Numbered from the stretch's first letter, positions 37,186 to 46,216 are shown. The stretch is 46,297 nt of DNA from a virus (IMGVR_UViG_3300005758_000030:1-46297); one strand, 5' to 3'. Translations and numbers: made by a program. Notes: generated by a model not told the origin, from the letters alone.

Positions 37186-37213
37186 AGTATACCTTCTTTT
37201 CCCTAAAGGTCAA
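37186..37213 (-). promoter_or_regulatory. Sigma70-like early promoter TTGACC-N16-TATACT
   Basis: Read directly on the minus strand. Confidence 0.65.
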
Positions 37214-37286
37214 CCTTTTTTTGCCGAAAAAATGTTGTTGAAAAACAACAACTTAGCGGCGATATAAGTTATTGATTTTTAAAGAC

Positions 37287-37316
37287 AAAAAAATAGGGGC
37301 ATTTCTGCCCCTATTT
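37287..37316 (-). terminator. Intrinsic terminator
   Basis: ATAGGGGCA-GAAA-TGCCCCTAT plus T tract on the minus strand. Confidence 0.85.
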
Positions 37317-37337
37317 TCATAGCCGTTTAATGGAGAA

Positions 37338-37604
37338 TTAAACGAGGCCGGCTGCTAGGGCCTTGTAGCCAGCAGCGATAACAGCACGGCTTGGGGTACC
37401 GAGACGATAGAAAGTCTTAGTACGACCCTTTGTATCAGTGTGCTGATTTGCGTAGATTGGGAAGCCCTTCATGCGAAGTGCTGAAACAGTTGAGCGAGCA
37501 TTACCAACGCCAAACTGAGCCTCAATCTGAGCAGCGGTCAAACCACGATCGTTAGTGCGAAGCGCCTTAAGAACGCGATCTTCCTTTGTCATTACCTTAG
37601 TCAT
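37338..37604 (-). CDS. Winged helix-turn-helix DNA-binding protein
   Basis: VLKAL...LTAAQI...FGV.N.RSTVSALR..G..I followed by a beta wing. Confidence 0.7.
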   Translation of the reverse strand: MTKVMTKEDRVLKALRTNDRGLTAAQIEAQFGVGNARSTVSALRMKGFPIYANQHTDTKGRTKTFYRLGTPSRAVIAAGYKALAAGLV

Positions 37605-37684
37605 ATTTCACCTTTTCTTTAGTTAACATATTGCTAGGAAGGGTATTCTTTCTAGCCTGCTAGCATTTACGCTAACATAACACT

Positions 37685-37713
37685 ATATTAGCACCGTTAT
37701 AGTAACTTGTCAA
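37685..37713 (-). promoter_or_regulatory. Sigma70-like promoter TTGACA-N17-TAATAT
   Basis: Upstream of the wHTH gene. Confidence 0.55.
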
Positions 37714-37722
37714 CTGGTTTTT

Positions 37723-38151
37723 TTAACTTTTTTTGTTTAAATTTGAAATCTGGACTAATTGCTCTAATAGAGCTTCCATGTGATTAAAAAGAGTTTCGTT
37801 ATTATTTGAATAATGTATAGTAGCTCTTTTTTGAATATGATTACACATATCCATAAACTTGAAAAGTCTATCATTGTCCGTTGTTTCGGACATGGTATTA
37901 TAGTTTACACCAAGGTCACTTGGAAAGGTTTGGTTAAAGAATGTTTCTTTTTTGAGAGTAAATGTATCTGATTCTTTTTTATCAAAGTTGCTAAATGTTA
38001 CAGTGATGTTTGGATCAAACGAGTAACTAAAGGAACCAAACTGACCAAAGGCAGGTTTGGTCTGCTCTTTGGCCTTTTGTTCAGTTTCTATTTTTTTGCG
38101 TCTTTCTTCAATAGGAAAAGAAACAACATTGTCATCATTATCGTTATTCAC
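37723..38151 (-). CDS. Hypothetical protein
   Basis: Likely GTG start overlapping the HNH stop; NVVSFP motif near the N-terminus. Confidence 0.6.
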   Translation of the reverse strand: MNNDNDDNVVSFPIEERRKKIETEQKAKEQTKPAFGQFGSFSYSFDPNITVTFSNFDKKESDTFTLKKETFFNQTFPSDLGVNYNTMSETTDNDRLFKFMDMCNHIQKRATIHYSNNNETLFNHMEALLEQLVQISNLNKKS

Positions 38152-38654
38152 GCTAAGTAATCCTTCCAACTTGGGTGCCGGATATCAAAAGGTAGGCTCT
38201 TACGAATGTTTGCTAGTTCGTAATAACTTGGCTTATACGGCTCCCTCTTTGGTCGTATCAGACTGCTACCTTTTTTAAGGTTGCATGGCGGACATGCTGC
38301 TACAATATTTTCCCAATTAGTTTTACCACCCAAACTAATAGGCATAACATGGTCCATTGTAACGGTACTAGATGTCACTGAAGTACCGCAGTATTGGCAC
38401 TCAAAGTGATCTCGCAATGTAACGTTATACTTACTGAAACGAGGGTACTTCTTTGCTTTCACATAGTCTTTAACCATCATAACAGCAGGTACACGAGTTT
38501 CCCAGCTTGGGCTTCTTACAACCCAATCGTCATACCATTCGAGAACATGCACACGATCAAGCCAAATATACTTGATAGCTTCCTGCCAGCCTACTGCACT
38601 TAATGGCAGAATACTGATAGGTGATGCATCTTTATTTAATAACAGAGTGTCCAT
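38148..38654 (-). CDS. HNH endonuclease (McrA-like)
   Basis: RD...CQYCG...TMDHV.P...GG...W.N.V.AC..CN..KG. Confidence 0.9.
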   Translation of the reverse strand: MDTLLLNKDASPISILPLSAVGWQEAIKYIWLDRVHVLEWYDDWVVRSPSWETRVPAVMMVKDYVKAKKYPRFSKYNVTLRDHFECQYCGTSVTSSTVTMDHVMPISLGGKTNWENIVAACPPCNLKKGSSLIRPKREPYKPSYYELANIRKSLPFDIRHPSWKDYLA

Positions 38655-38658
38655 ATCT

Positions 38659-39054
38659 TTACAACATTTCTATATAACTATTAATATCATTTCCATTTAA
38701 TCTAAACCAAGCGGCATCATTTTCATTGTAGAATGTTACCGTACTCTTACCTAAATAATAAGGCCATTCCATGATTTTGTCAAGTACTATAACAGCTTTA
38801 TTATTAGGTAAATCAGAAAATTTGTATTTGTAATGATCATACCTTTTTGATAGTAGAGCATTACCAAAGGAGGTTAACCTTATCCCAACGGGCTCGCCCG
38901 CAACTAAGCGATAATTTGCAAAAATAAGTCGGTGAATTTCGTCTTTGGTAAACTTGGGCTCGTGTCCCAATCTCTTAGACGTATATAAGATTATATCTTT
39001 TTCAAGCTCGCTAACTAGTTTAGCGTGGATACTTTCAATCGATATCTGCCTCAT
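38659..39054 (-). CDS. Hypothetical protein
   Basis: 131-aa ORF in an operon. Confidence 0.7.
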   Translation of the reverse strand: MRQISIESIHAKLVSELEKDIILYTSKRLGHEPKFTKDEIHRLIFANYRLVAGEPVGIRLTSFGNALLSKRYDHYKYKFSDLPNNKAVIVLDKIMEWPYYLGKSTVTFYNENDAAWFRLNGNDINSYIEML

Positions 39055-39334
39055 TTACAACCTCGCCTTGCGTGAGTTTTACTACTTTAAACCCATCGGT
39101 GGAGAAAATCTTGTTCAGGCGTTCAGCAAGGTTAAATGCGTGACCGGGATTACTAAAGGAGACCTTCTTATATTTTGGGCCGGGATAGCTCACTAATGTA
39201 TTTAGTGTGCGTAGATTAATAGGAGCGTCCTTAAAGAAAACGCTATAGATCGCATCTGCACTAAGTACTTGCTCTGCATTATAGGTATTCTTATTAATTG
39301 CTTCTAGCAAAATCTCTGGCTTTGGTCTACTCAT
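39035..39334 (-). CDS. Hypothetical phage protein
   Basis: Start MSRPKP after AGGAGA; GATAAATA late-like core at 39357-39364. Confidence 0.75.
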   Translation of the reverse strand: MSRPKPEILLEAINKNTYNAEQVLSADAIYSVFFKDAPINLRTLNTLVSYPGPKYKKVSFSNPGHAFNLAERLNKIFSTDGFKVVKLTQGEVVNEADID

Positions 39335-39387
39335 ATATGTGTCTCCTGTACACATATATTTATCAATATTGCCTATAAAAACACCTT

Positions 39388-39651
39388 TTAATTTTTAAGG
39401 TCTATACTTAGTTTAGCATTAATTAAGTCGTCGTAATCCTGAAAAGTAAGGTATAATGTCTGATCTTCGTACCAATTTGGCCTAGAATAATCCATGACAG
39501 CATGGGGTATAAAGTGATAGCCCCAGTCCTTGGTACAAATTTTATCTAGTTTTTGCCAAACCATTTGGGGCAGGGCATACACTGAAGTACGCCACTGATG
39601 CCGATAGATTTTATTGTACCGCTCTGGCTTATTCTTTAAATCTTCCGCCAT
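39388..39651 (-). CDS. Hypothetical protein
   Basis: ORF overlapping the upstream gene. Confidence 0.6.
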   Translation of the reverse strand: MAEDLKNKPERYNKIYRHQWRTSVYALPQMVWQKLDKICTKDWGYHFIPHAVMDYSRPNWYEDQTLYLTFQDYDDLINAKLSIDLKN

Positions 39652-39817
39652 CAACATTTACCTGCTGTACTAACGATTCATTTTTGGTTACTGTTACTTT
39701 TTGCAGCGGTATTGTGTTTAAAATACCCAACAGATAACTGATATCTAGAGTTACACTCTTAGATTTTGATTTTTGTAACTTTTCTAAATGCCAGATTAAC
39801 TTTTCAAGTTCTGTCAT
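39629..39817 (-). CDS. Hypothetical protein
   Basis: 62-aa ORF in an operon. Confidence 0.6.
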   Translation of the reverse strand: MTELEKLIWHLEKLQKSKSKSVTLDISYLLGILNTIPLQKVTVTKNESLVQQVNVDGGRFKE

Positions 39818-40328
39818 TGTTACGCTTTTCTTTATTAAGTCGCTTTAGTTGCTGTCGCATTTCTAGCTCAGACTTAAACGGACCTTCGTATCCGTAGCGT
39901 AAAAGTGTAGTTAACTTAGGACCTCTTGATTGTTTCCAGCCTTTGCCAAAGTTGATACAATAATATCCTGCTGCATAGTATACATCGCTTCCTTCAATTT
40001 TAGTGTAAAGAGGGATATCGTCGCGATAGTCTGGATGACCTTCATCTAGTGCAAATGGTGTTTCGTAATCTACTTCGTAGCCTTTGATGTAATATGAATC
40101 AGGCTTGATTGCAGCTGATGTAATCTGCTTCTTAAATAAAGTTGAATTACCAAAGTATTCTTCTACTTCATGATCATCCTGAAAGTTTACTAAATCCTTA
40201 CCAGTAATATATGTAAACTTTTCCTGGGCACTTTTATTTAGAATGCCAAGTTTTTGATTTCCCTGATGTACCAACCATGCAACATCAGAAATTTGTTGTA
40301 GCATTGTTTTTGGTGTGTTGTCATTCAT
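39804..40328 (-). CDS. Hypothetical phage protein
   Basis: 174 aa; AAGGA RBS; CATAAATA upstream. Confidence 0.7.
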   Translation of the reverse strand: MNDNTPKTMLQQISDVAWLVHQGNQKLGILNKSAQEKFTYITGKDLVNFQDDHEVEEYFGNSTLFKKQITSAAIKPDSYYIKGYEVDYETPFALDEGHPDYRDDIPLYTKIEGSDVYYAAGYYCINFGKGWKQSRGPKLTTLLRYGYEGPFKSELEMRQQLKRLNKEKRNNDRT

Positions 40329-40357
40329 TGTGTTTTTCCTTGTGTAATATATTTATG

Positions 40358-40714
40358 TCAGTCAAATTTAGGAGGTGCTTCGTAACCCTCAACTCTATCT
40401 GATTGATCATCGCCTATTGTAAAGCTAAAATTAAGTACATTTCTATAGATAAAACTGCGCCAACCGTTAGCATTTAGATCCCAAACACTAAGGCTATCAT
40501 CACTGCGCTTACGTGGTTCCTGCCCTTCAGCTAAGGGCTTTGGTAAATGCTCTATGGGAATAAGACTTTCATCTAATGTACATAACATTTTTCTTTCTTC
40601 ACCGTTCTTCTTTAAAAATGTAACAGTACCAGGACCAGACTTTAGCATATCTCTAATCCAAACGCGAGCCTTTTCGCTATCAAATGGATGAGGTTGATCA
40701 GAATTTGTGTTCAT
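40358..40714 (-). CDS. WYL_2/Sm-like SH3 beta-barrel protein
   Basis: VTFLKKNGEERKMLCT...VWDL...GWRSF signature. Confidence 0.75.
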   Translation of the reverse strand: MNTNSDQPHPFDSEKARVWIRDMLKSGPGTVTFLKKNGEERKMLCTLDESLIPIEHLPKPLAEGQEPRKRSDDSLSVWDLNANGWRSFIYRNVLNFSFTIGDDQSDRVEGYEAPPKFD

Positions 40715-40904
40715 CGCTTAATTCCTCTACTGTTTTATTAGTAATTTCTTCTCGCTCTTTTGGTATCCAAGGGGCAAGTTTTCCGCTTGGACCTAGAGCA
40801 GCTCTACGATAAATTATATCGCCGTTTCTTTCAAACAGCCATACATGATCCGGCTCTCCGTTCTCTAAAATCCAAAATGCTTTTTCAGACTCAGTGTATT
40901 TCAA
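40698..40904 (-). CDS. Hypothetical protein
   Basis: 68-aa ORF overlapping both neighbours. Confidence 0.55.
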   Translation of the reverse strand: MKYTESEKAFWILENGEPDHVWLFERNGDIIYRRAALGPSGKLAPWIPKEREEITNKTVEELSDEHKF

Positions 40905-41446
40905 AGTTCAATGCCGTAACGTTGTAGTATTTCAATGTAGTGTTCCTCACCCTTGTGGACACTATCTACAAAATGATCAGCAGCATTTTCATCCGCCATA
41001 TCACTGATATACTTATAGCAGATAAATTCTACGCCTGCAACCTCACATGCTTTAGCAATACTAAATGCTTCCATGTCAACCATATCAGCACTAATGTTAT
41101 GAGTGTCAGTTACAAAATTATCTCCTGTACTTAACCGTACTCCATCATCGTTATTCAAAACAACGGGTGCGTGTAGTACTTCTGCTTGAGGACCGACAAT
41201 ACAACCACCTAATATAACGTCACGTTGACTAAAGTGTGTACACTTATAAATTTTACCATGCTCTAGGCCTATGCCACCAGCAGTACCAAAGTTAAAGACA
41301 CGCTTAGGATTGTATCTCTCAATTAAGGTTGCAGCAACAATAGCAGCATTTACTTTACCTACACCAGTGAAGAATACACCCGGCTTACCGATTAAACCAG
41401 GTGCTTCATTTTCTAATGCTAGTAGAATTATATAGTCAGCATTCAT
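40901..41446 (-). CDS. mtnN: 5'-methylthioadenosine/S-adenosylhomocysteine nucleosidase-like protein
   Basis: ALENE, GVGKVNAA, NFGTAG, STGDNF, VDMEA, KYISD motifs. Confidence 0.85.
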   Translation of the reverse strand: MNADYIILLALENEAPGLIGKPGVFFTGVGKVNAAIVAATLIERYNPKRVFNFGTAGGIGLEHGKIYKCTHFSQRDVILGGCIVGPQAEVLHAPVVLNNDDGVRLSTGDNFVTDTHNISADMVDMEAFSIAKACEVAGVEFICYKYISDMADENAADHFVDSVHKGEEHYIEILQRYGIEL

Positions 41447-42456
41447 TATGCTTCAACCATGCCCACTTCTTTGATACCTGCGTTTAGAATCTCGCCAAAG
41501 TCGCCTGCACTTTCACTTAGTCGTTGCAAGTCCCACTTAGCACAGAACTTCATAAAGTAGATACCAACGTTGCTAACCTGCGGCTTATTGACAGCATTGC
41601 GTACAATTGTACGACATGCATCTTTAATATCATCGGGCTGTGCAGTAAGATCAATTAGTGTACGATTGCGTTCATAGTCGTCGCGTACACGATGTTCTAC
41701 TTCTTCATGGTCCACCCAACGCTGTAGCATAAAGTTATTATAATTGAAGCCACCACGTTCACGATCTTCAAACGCTTCTGTAATGCCAGTTTTATTCTTA
41801 CTACCTTTTAGTCGCGCACCAGGAAAGGCGCTGAATACGTTGTCAGTAGGATCACCACGAACACATTTTTCAAATAGGATAAATGCAGGATCGCCTACTT
41901 CTTTGGGCTTACCTGTTTTCTTATCTATAACTGTCTTTCCAGTCTTAGCATTAATAACACCATCAACGGAAACTATTTCTTCTGTAGTGCCGTTGTACTG
42001 CTTTACATTATGTGCTAGTAGCTGATAAAAGTCACTGTCTGTGCTAACAATAATATGCTCATCATTTGGATGCGTTTGAATCCAAGTTGCAATAAGGTCG
42101 TCAGCTTCTGCTGTAGGGCAGCGAATAACACTACAGTTTGTGCGTTCATCAAAGAACTTAACCATATCGTCATATGCTTCAAAGAACAGTTCGTCGTCTT
42201 CGATCTCTTTAGGTGTACGCTTGTTTGCAACAACCTTGCGATTAGCCTTGTATGGAGGATAGAAATCTTTACGCCAACTACGCCCTTCTAAGCAGAATAC
42301 TACATGACTGCCGTTAAAATCTCGCCATGCTTTCTTAACGCTGTTAAACATAATATGCATAGCCATGCCTACTCGCATGTCAATATCCTTGCCACCACCA
42401 ACGTGCTTGGCTCGCATAAACATGTTCAAACTATCTACTAGAATGTAAGTTGCCAT
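41446..42456 (-). CDS. rnh: T4-type RNase H / 5'-3' exonuclease
   Basis: ILVD, SWRK..YP.YKANR, EADD, STDSDF.QL, GDPTDNV. Confidence 0.9.
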   Translation of the reverse strand: MATYILVDSLNMFMRAKHVGGGKDIDMRVGMAMHIMFNSVKKAWRDFNGSHVVFCLEGRSWRKDFYPPYKANRKVVANKRTPKEIEDDELFFEAYDDMVKFFDERTNCSVIRCPTAEADDLIATWIQTHPNDEHIIVSTDSDFYQLLAHNVKQYNGTTEEIVSVDGVINAKTGKTVIDKKTGKPKEVGDPAFILFEKCVRGDPTDNVFSAFPGARLKGSKNKTGITEAFEDRERGGFNYNNFMLQRWVDHEEVEHRVRDDYERNRTLIDLTAQPDDIKDACRTIVRNAVNKPQVSNVGIYFMKFCAKWDLQRLSESAGDFGEILNAGIKEVGMVEA

Positions 42457-42484
42457 ATATAGTCCTTAGCAATTGTATAATCTA

Positions 42485-42513
42485 ATTATACTTGAATAAT
42501 TTGTTTTTGTCAA
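42485..42513 (-). promoter_or_regulatory. Consensus sigma70 promoter TTGACA-N17-TATAAT
   Basis: Perfect consensus upstream of rnh. Confidence 0.85.
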
Positions 42514-42526
42514 TGGTTTTATAAAT

Positions 42527-42760
42527 TTAATTAGAATTGAAGTCCTTGAGGATATCTTCTAAACCACCGCCAATTGGCGCAGATGCTTTGACTTTTTGAA
42601 AGTCTCTTTCTAAATCTATTTTTAAAAACTTACGATAGTTTTTTAGAATAAAATCAATTTCACTAGGTTGCATTTCTGCGATCTTAGCATCAATAACAGG
42701 CTGTACTGCCTGCATTAATTGCACTAGTTTAGTCTTTGCTGTTACTTCTACGTTCGACAT
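42527..42760 (-). CDS. Hypothetical protein
   Basis: Likely start MSNVEVT. Confidence 0.6.
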   Translation of the reverse strand: MSNVEVTAKTKLVQLMQAVQPVIDAKIAEMQPSEIDFILKNYRKFLKIDLERDFQKVKASAPIGGGLEDILKDFNSN

Positions 42761-43244
42761 CGGGTCTTGCACTTGCTGTTCTATCTGATTGTTGTAAACC
42801 GTAATCTTGATCTGCAACTTCGTTGGCTAAAATAGTTCTACAAACACCATTGAACCATTTGTTTACTATATCCTCATCACTACGACCTTCGTAGCCATTC
42901 TCCTGTAGCATTTTAACGAACTCGTCATTCCAATCAAGCTCAATGTAACCTGCTTGTGCGTTAACAGGGTTGATGCCCATTTTTAGAACATTGATGTAAG
43001 GTTCTTTTTTGATGTCAGCAATCTTTTTATCATATGCTGATTGGCTGATTTCTTCCCGCTTTAGCTTTAAGTCTAGTTTTGCAATTTCTGCGTCCTCGTT
43101 TGACTCGGAATTAATTTCTGCAAGTTTATCTTCTAGCTCATTACCTTCATAGTAATATTCTGCTTCAGCGATGGCTCGAGTTTTTCCTACAAGCCCCCAA
43201 CTGGCTGGTAGCCAATTAAATGGGATTAATCTTTTCTTTTTCAT
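42729..43244 (-). CDS. Hypothetical phage protein
   Basis: Start MKKKRLIPF after GGAGG; ELDWNDEF motif. Confidence 0.7.
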   Translation of the reverse strand: MKKKRLIPFNWLPASWGLVGKTRAIAEAEYYYEGNELEDKLAEINSESNEDAEIAKLDLKLKREEISQSAYDKKIADIKKEPYINVLKMGINPVNAQAGYIELDWNDEFVKMLQENGYEGRSDEDIVNKWFNGVCRTILANEVADQDYGLQQSDRTASARPDVERRSNSKD

Positions 43245-43825
43245 TTTTCCTCCATATACCAAACAACTGAATTTTCTTCAGATGCTTTACTCTTTTTATC
43301 AAATACAAACAACTGTAGTGTGAATCTAACACCTTTTATAACTTCACACACCTCGTGAGCTGCACCTATAGCATATTCATCGTAGCAGCAAATCACACCT
43401 TTATTAATTTCAGGTGCTATCTTATACGTTGTTTCTCCGTCCCACCATTTAAACTCACCGCCTGTAACTGTGGAAAGAAAGACAGTTAAACTAAAAATAC
43501 AATGATCTCGATGTTTAGGAATTGAACCACCAGGCGGAATCTTTTGAATTGCTATATCACAATTCCTCAACCAGTTTTTATTATAGCAGGGCAACTTGTC
43601 ATTACTGTAAAGTTCATTAATAATTTCTAAACGATCTTTCCCTAAAACATCACAAGTAAAGCATTCTGCTATAGTATTATTATTAGTTGATTCAGCTGGC
43701 CAAACATTGTAGCTACTCTTATCAGTTGGCAACAGTTGGGCATAAGGCTTTAAGATATTTAAAGCCTTATCGGATAATACATTTTCAACGATAATGTATT
43801 TTTTATTTTCCAATTGCGTTTCCAT
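43241..43825 (-). CDS. 2OG-Fe(II) oxygenase
   Basis: HxD (KHRD), GGEF, HEV and RFTL facial-triad/2OG motifs. Confidence 0.8.
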   Translation of the reverse strand: METQLENKKYIIVENVLSDKALNILKPYAQLLPTDKSSYNVWPAESTNNNTIAECFTCDVLGKDRLEIINELYSNDKLPCYNKNWLRNCDIAIQKIPPGGSIPKHRDHCIFSLTVFLSTVTGGEFKWWDGETTYKIAPEINKGVICCYDEYAIGAAHEVCEVIKGVRFTLQLFVFDKKSKASEENSVVWYMEEK

Positions 43826-44726
43826 AGATGTGTACATGTACCCTACTAGTGTAATTGTATCCCCGCTGAATTGCTTCATCTGCAATCATTGCTTCAGTTA
43901 CTTTGAGGCCTTCCAAAGTGCCACCAACACCCATAATGTAAACAGGAAAATTACAACCAGCTTGCCTAAAGCGATCAACATTTTCTTCTACTTCCTTCCA
44001 ACTAGCTTCGCTACCATTAACAACGAACTTTAGTTGTCCTCGATCTGATAGTTTAGCATAGCTGCCCACTACGTCAGGGCAGATTGCTCTTTTGGCCTTT
44101 TCGCCAGCGGTACTCCATAACTTCGGACTAATACTCCAGAACCATTCTGTTGGGCCATATTCATCTGGTACAATGCCACCAAACTCGCTGCTAAACAAAA
44201 ACTTATTAGCGAGCCATTCCTCAAACTCAGGAGTCAAAGGTTGAGTACCATTAGTTTCAACTGTAATATTACGCGGCGCATTACCTCTATTAGCAAACTC
44301 ATTGATAATAGCAACAATGCCTTCCTGCGACTTCTTAAGCATGGGCTCGCCACCAGTAAAGACCATGTGTGACCACTGCTTGCTCTTTGGATGTTGAAAC
44401 CTTCCGCCGGGAAGTAATGCAGTAAGATCATCAACTGCATTTTCAACTGTTCTATCAGTCATTAGGTGCTTGAATCTCTTGCTCCATGTGTAACTGCTAT
44501 CGCAGCCTTTTTCAAACACAGGCAAATCTTCAACACGATTAATGCCGCTTATATCAACAGTCTCATATGGAAGCTCGTAGGTTTTAGGATCAGTTGGATC
44601 CTTTTGACCAAAGCCATTACATTGTAAATTGCACATAAAGAAGCGCAACCATAGACTTGGGATGCCTACATATGCGCCCTCACCCTGTGCGCTATAAAAA
44701 ATTTCACTGTACTTGAGGTTTGCCAT
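43803..44726 (-). CDS. queE: 7-carboxy-7-deazaguanine synthase (radical SAM)
   Basis: EIFYSAQGEG, LRF..CNLQC...GCDS, TGGEP, ETNGT, SPKL, R.HVHIYGN. Confidence 0.85.
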   Translation of the reverse strand: MANLKYSEIFYSAQGEGAYVGIPSLWLRFFMCNLQCNGFGQKDPTDPKTYELPYETVDISGINRVEDLPVFEKGCDSSYTWSKRFKHLMTDRTVENAVDDLTALLPGGRFQHPKSKQWSHMVFTGGEPMLKKSQEGIVAIINEFANRGNAPRNITVETNGTQPLTPEFEEWLANKFLFSSEFGGIVPDEYGPTEWFWSISPKLWSTAGEKAKRAICPDVVGSYAKLSDRGQLKFVVNGSEASWKEVEENVDRFRQAGCNFPVYIMGVGGTLEGLKVTEAMIADEAIQRGYNYTSRVHVHIYGNAIGK

Positions 44727-45258
44727 GCTTTAGTAACCTTTCGAGATCTGGGCTCATTGTGAAGTTTGTGTAGTTAATCTCTTTGTTATACTTTTTATGC
44801 ATTTTTTCTAGTGCAGTGAAAACAATATAATGTACTTCTGAGTTTTCAAAATCACGACTGCCTTTTTCAACTTCTTCGAGACAATCTACAATAATTAATT
44901 CTAAGCCAAACCTAAACAAGTCGTCAATTGAGTCGCAGTCTTGTAGGATTGACTTAGCATAAGATATAATCAGAAAATAAATTCTATCTGTAATTGCAGT
45001 TGCTTGAACATCTAAATCAACATCAGCTTCTTTAGGGTCATCAACGAAATCTAGTTCTAACTTATCTCGTTTGCTGGGCTTTGCTAAATCAACAAATGCG
45101 TCTATACATTCAAAAATTTCATCTACTGTAACAGGGTATCGCTGCGTAACCCATGTAATATCCTTATATTCAGCAATAGCATCACACACGTCAGTGACTT
45201 GTACGCCTGTTCGATCTAATACTAAAATATTTCGAGGACCTCGATTTGAAATTGTCAT
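44704..45258 (-). CDS. Hypothetical protein, N-terminus DUF433-like
   Basis: RTGVQV.DV...YPVTVDEIFECI resembles the DUF433 HTH. Confidence 0.5.
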   Translation of the reverse strand: MTISNRGPRNILVLDRTGVQVTDVCDAIAEYKDITWVTQRYPVTVDEIFECIDAFVDLAKPSKRDKLELDFVDDPKEADVDLDVQATAITDRIYFLIISYAKSILQDCDSIDDLFRFGLELIIVDCLEEVEKGSRDFENSEVHYIVFTALEKMHKKYNKEINYTNFTMSPDLERLLKHGKPQVQ

Positions 45259-45479
45259 CGATATTTTCCTAAAAGTTTTGGGCCTGGGCTCTGAAATTCG
45301 AGACCACTCATTGAGCCGATGTAAATCTTGTACCGTTCGTTGAATTGCAAGTTAACTCTTACTGTGTTTAGTGCTACAGTAAGATACTTGCCTTCTACAA
45401 AGGTAATTACATCGGCTTCAACAGTATTGCCGTTGTCGATGCACTCAACAACCGCCGTACGATCAAATGAGCTGTACAT
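45255..45479 (-). CDS. Hypothetical protein
   Basis: 74 aa, TAATG-coupled to folE. Confidence 0.7.
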   Translation of the reverse strand: MYSSFDRTAVVECIDNGNTVEADVITFVEGKYLTVALNTVRVNLQFNERYKIYIGSMSGLEFQSPGPKLLGKYR

Positions 45480-46159
45480 TACTTACAGCCTTTGTTGACG
45501 ATGTTCATGAACTCTGCACGAACCGCCGGATCGCTCTTGAAGCAACCTCCGAGCTTACTGGTAACTGTGCTAGAGCCAACATCTTCGACCCCTCTACTTT
45601 TAACGCAATAATGCTGTGCATCGATGACTACCGCTACGTTTTCTGTTTCTAGAATATAGCTTAGTGCATGATATACTTGTTCAGTGAGGCGCTCTTGAAT
45701 CTGAGGACGCTTGCTGAAATATTCTACGATACGATTGATCTTTGAAAGACCTAATACTTTTTGCTTGGGGATATAACCAACAGTAGCCTTGCCGTCGATG
45801 ACCACAAAGTGATGTTCGCAGTTGCTCTGCACGTTAACTTCACGCTCGACAACCATCTCATCATACTTCATCTTGTTGTCAACTGTGGTACACTTGGGGA
45901 ACGCATCGTAGTCTAATCCCCAGAAGATTTCATTGACATACATCTTTGCAACACGCTTGGGGGTTTCGATAAGACTGTCGTCTGTGAGATCGAGCCCCAT
46001 GGTCTTCATAATCTCTGTAAAGTGCCGCTCGATAATTTCAATCTTATCTTTGCGATCAACGCCGTTATCTACTGTGGGGGTTTCAACACCCATCTTAACA
46101 AGGTGTTCGTGAACGCGACGTCCTAGATCAGGGTCGCACTTAGTTTTATTGAATGACAT
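45479..46159 (-). CDS. folE: GTP cyclohydrolase I
   Basis: ETPKRVAKM, CEHH, GLSKINR, QIQERLT, H.C...RGV. Confidence 0.95.
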   Translation of the reverse strand: MSFNKTKCDPDLGRRVHEHLVKMGVETPTVDNGVDRKDKIEIIERHFTEIMKTMGLDLTDDSLIETPKRVAKMYVNEIFWGLDYDAFPKCTTVDNKMKYDEMVVEREVNVQSNCEHHFVVIDGKATVGYIPKQKVLGLSKINRIVEYFSKRPQIQERLTEQVYHALSYILETENVAVVIDAQHYCVKSRGVEDVGSSTVTSKLGGCFKSDPAVRAEFMNIVNKGCK

Positions 46160-46216
46160 ATACTTCTCCTTCCTTACACGGATATAATTTAAGTTTGCTA
46201 CCGTTGTGTAGCATAA

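Noticed and set aside
38148-38654. HNH gene as a mobile intron or intein homing element
   Set aside because: It is free-standing between intact ORFs, with no interrupted gene or intron structure visible.
46160-46215. Canonical preQ1-I riboswitch call
   Set aside because: The loop is only 6 nt and lacks the recognisable conserved preQ1-I loop; kept only as a candidate novel motif.
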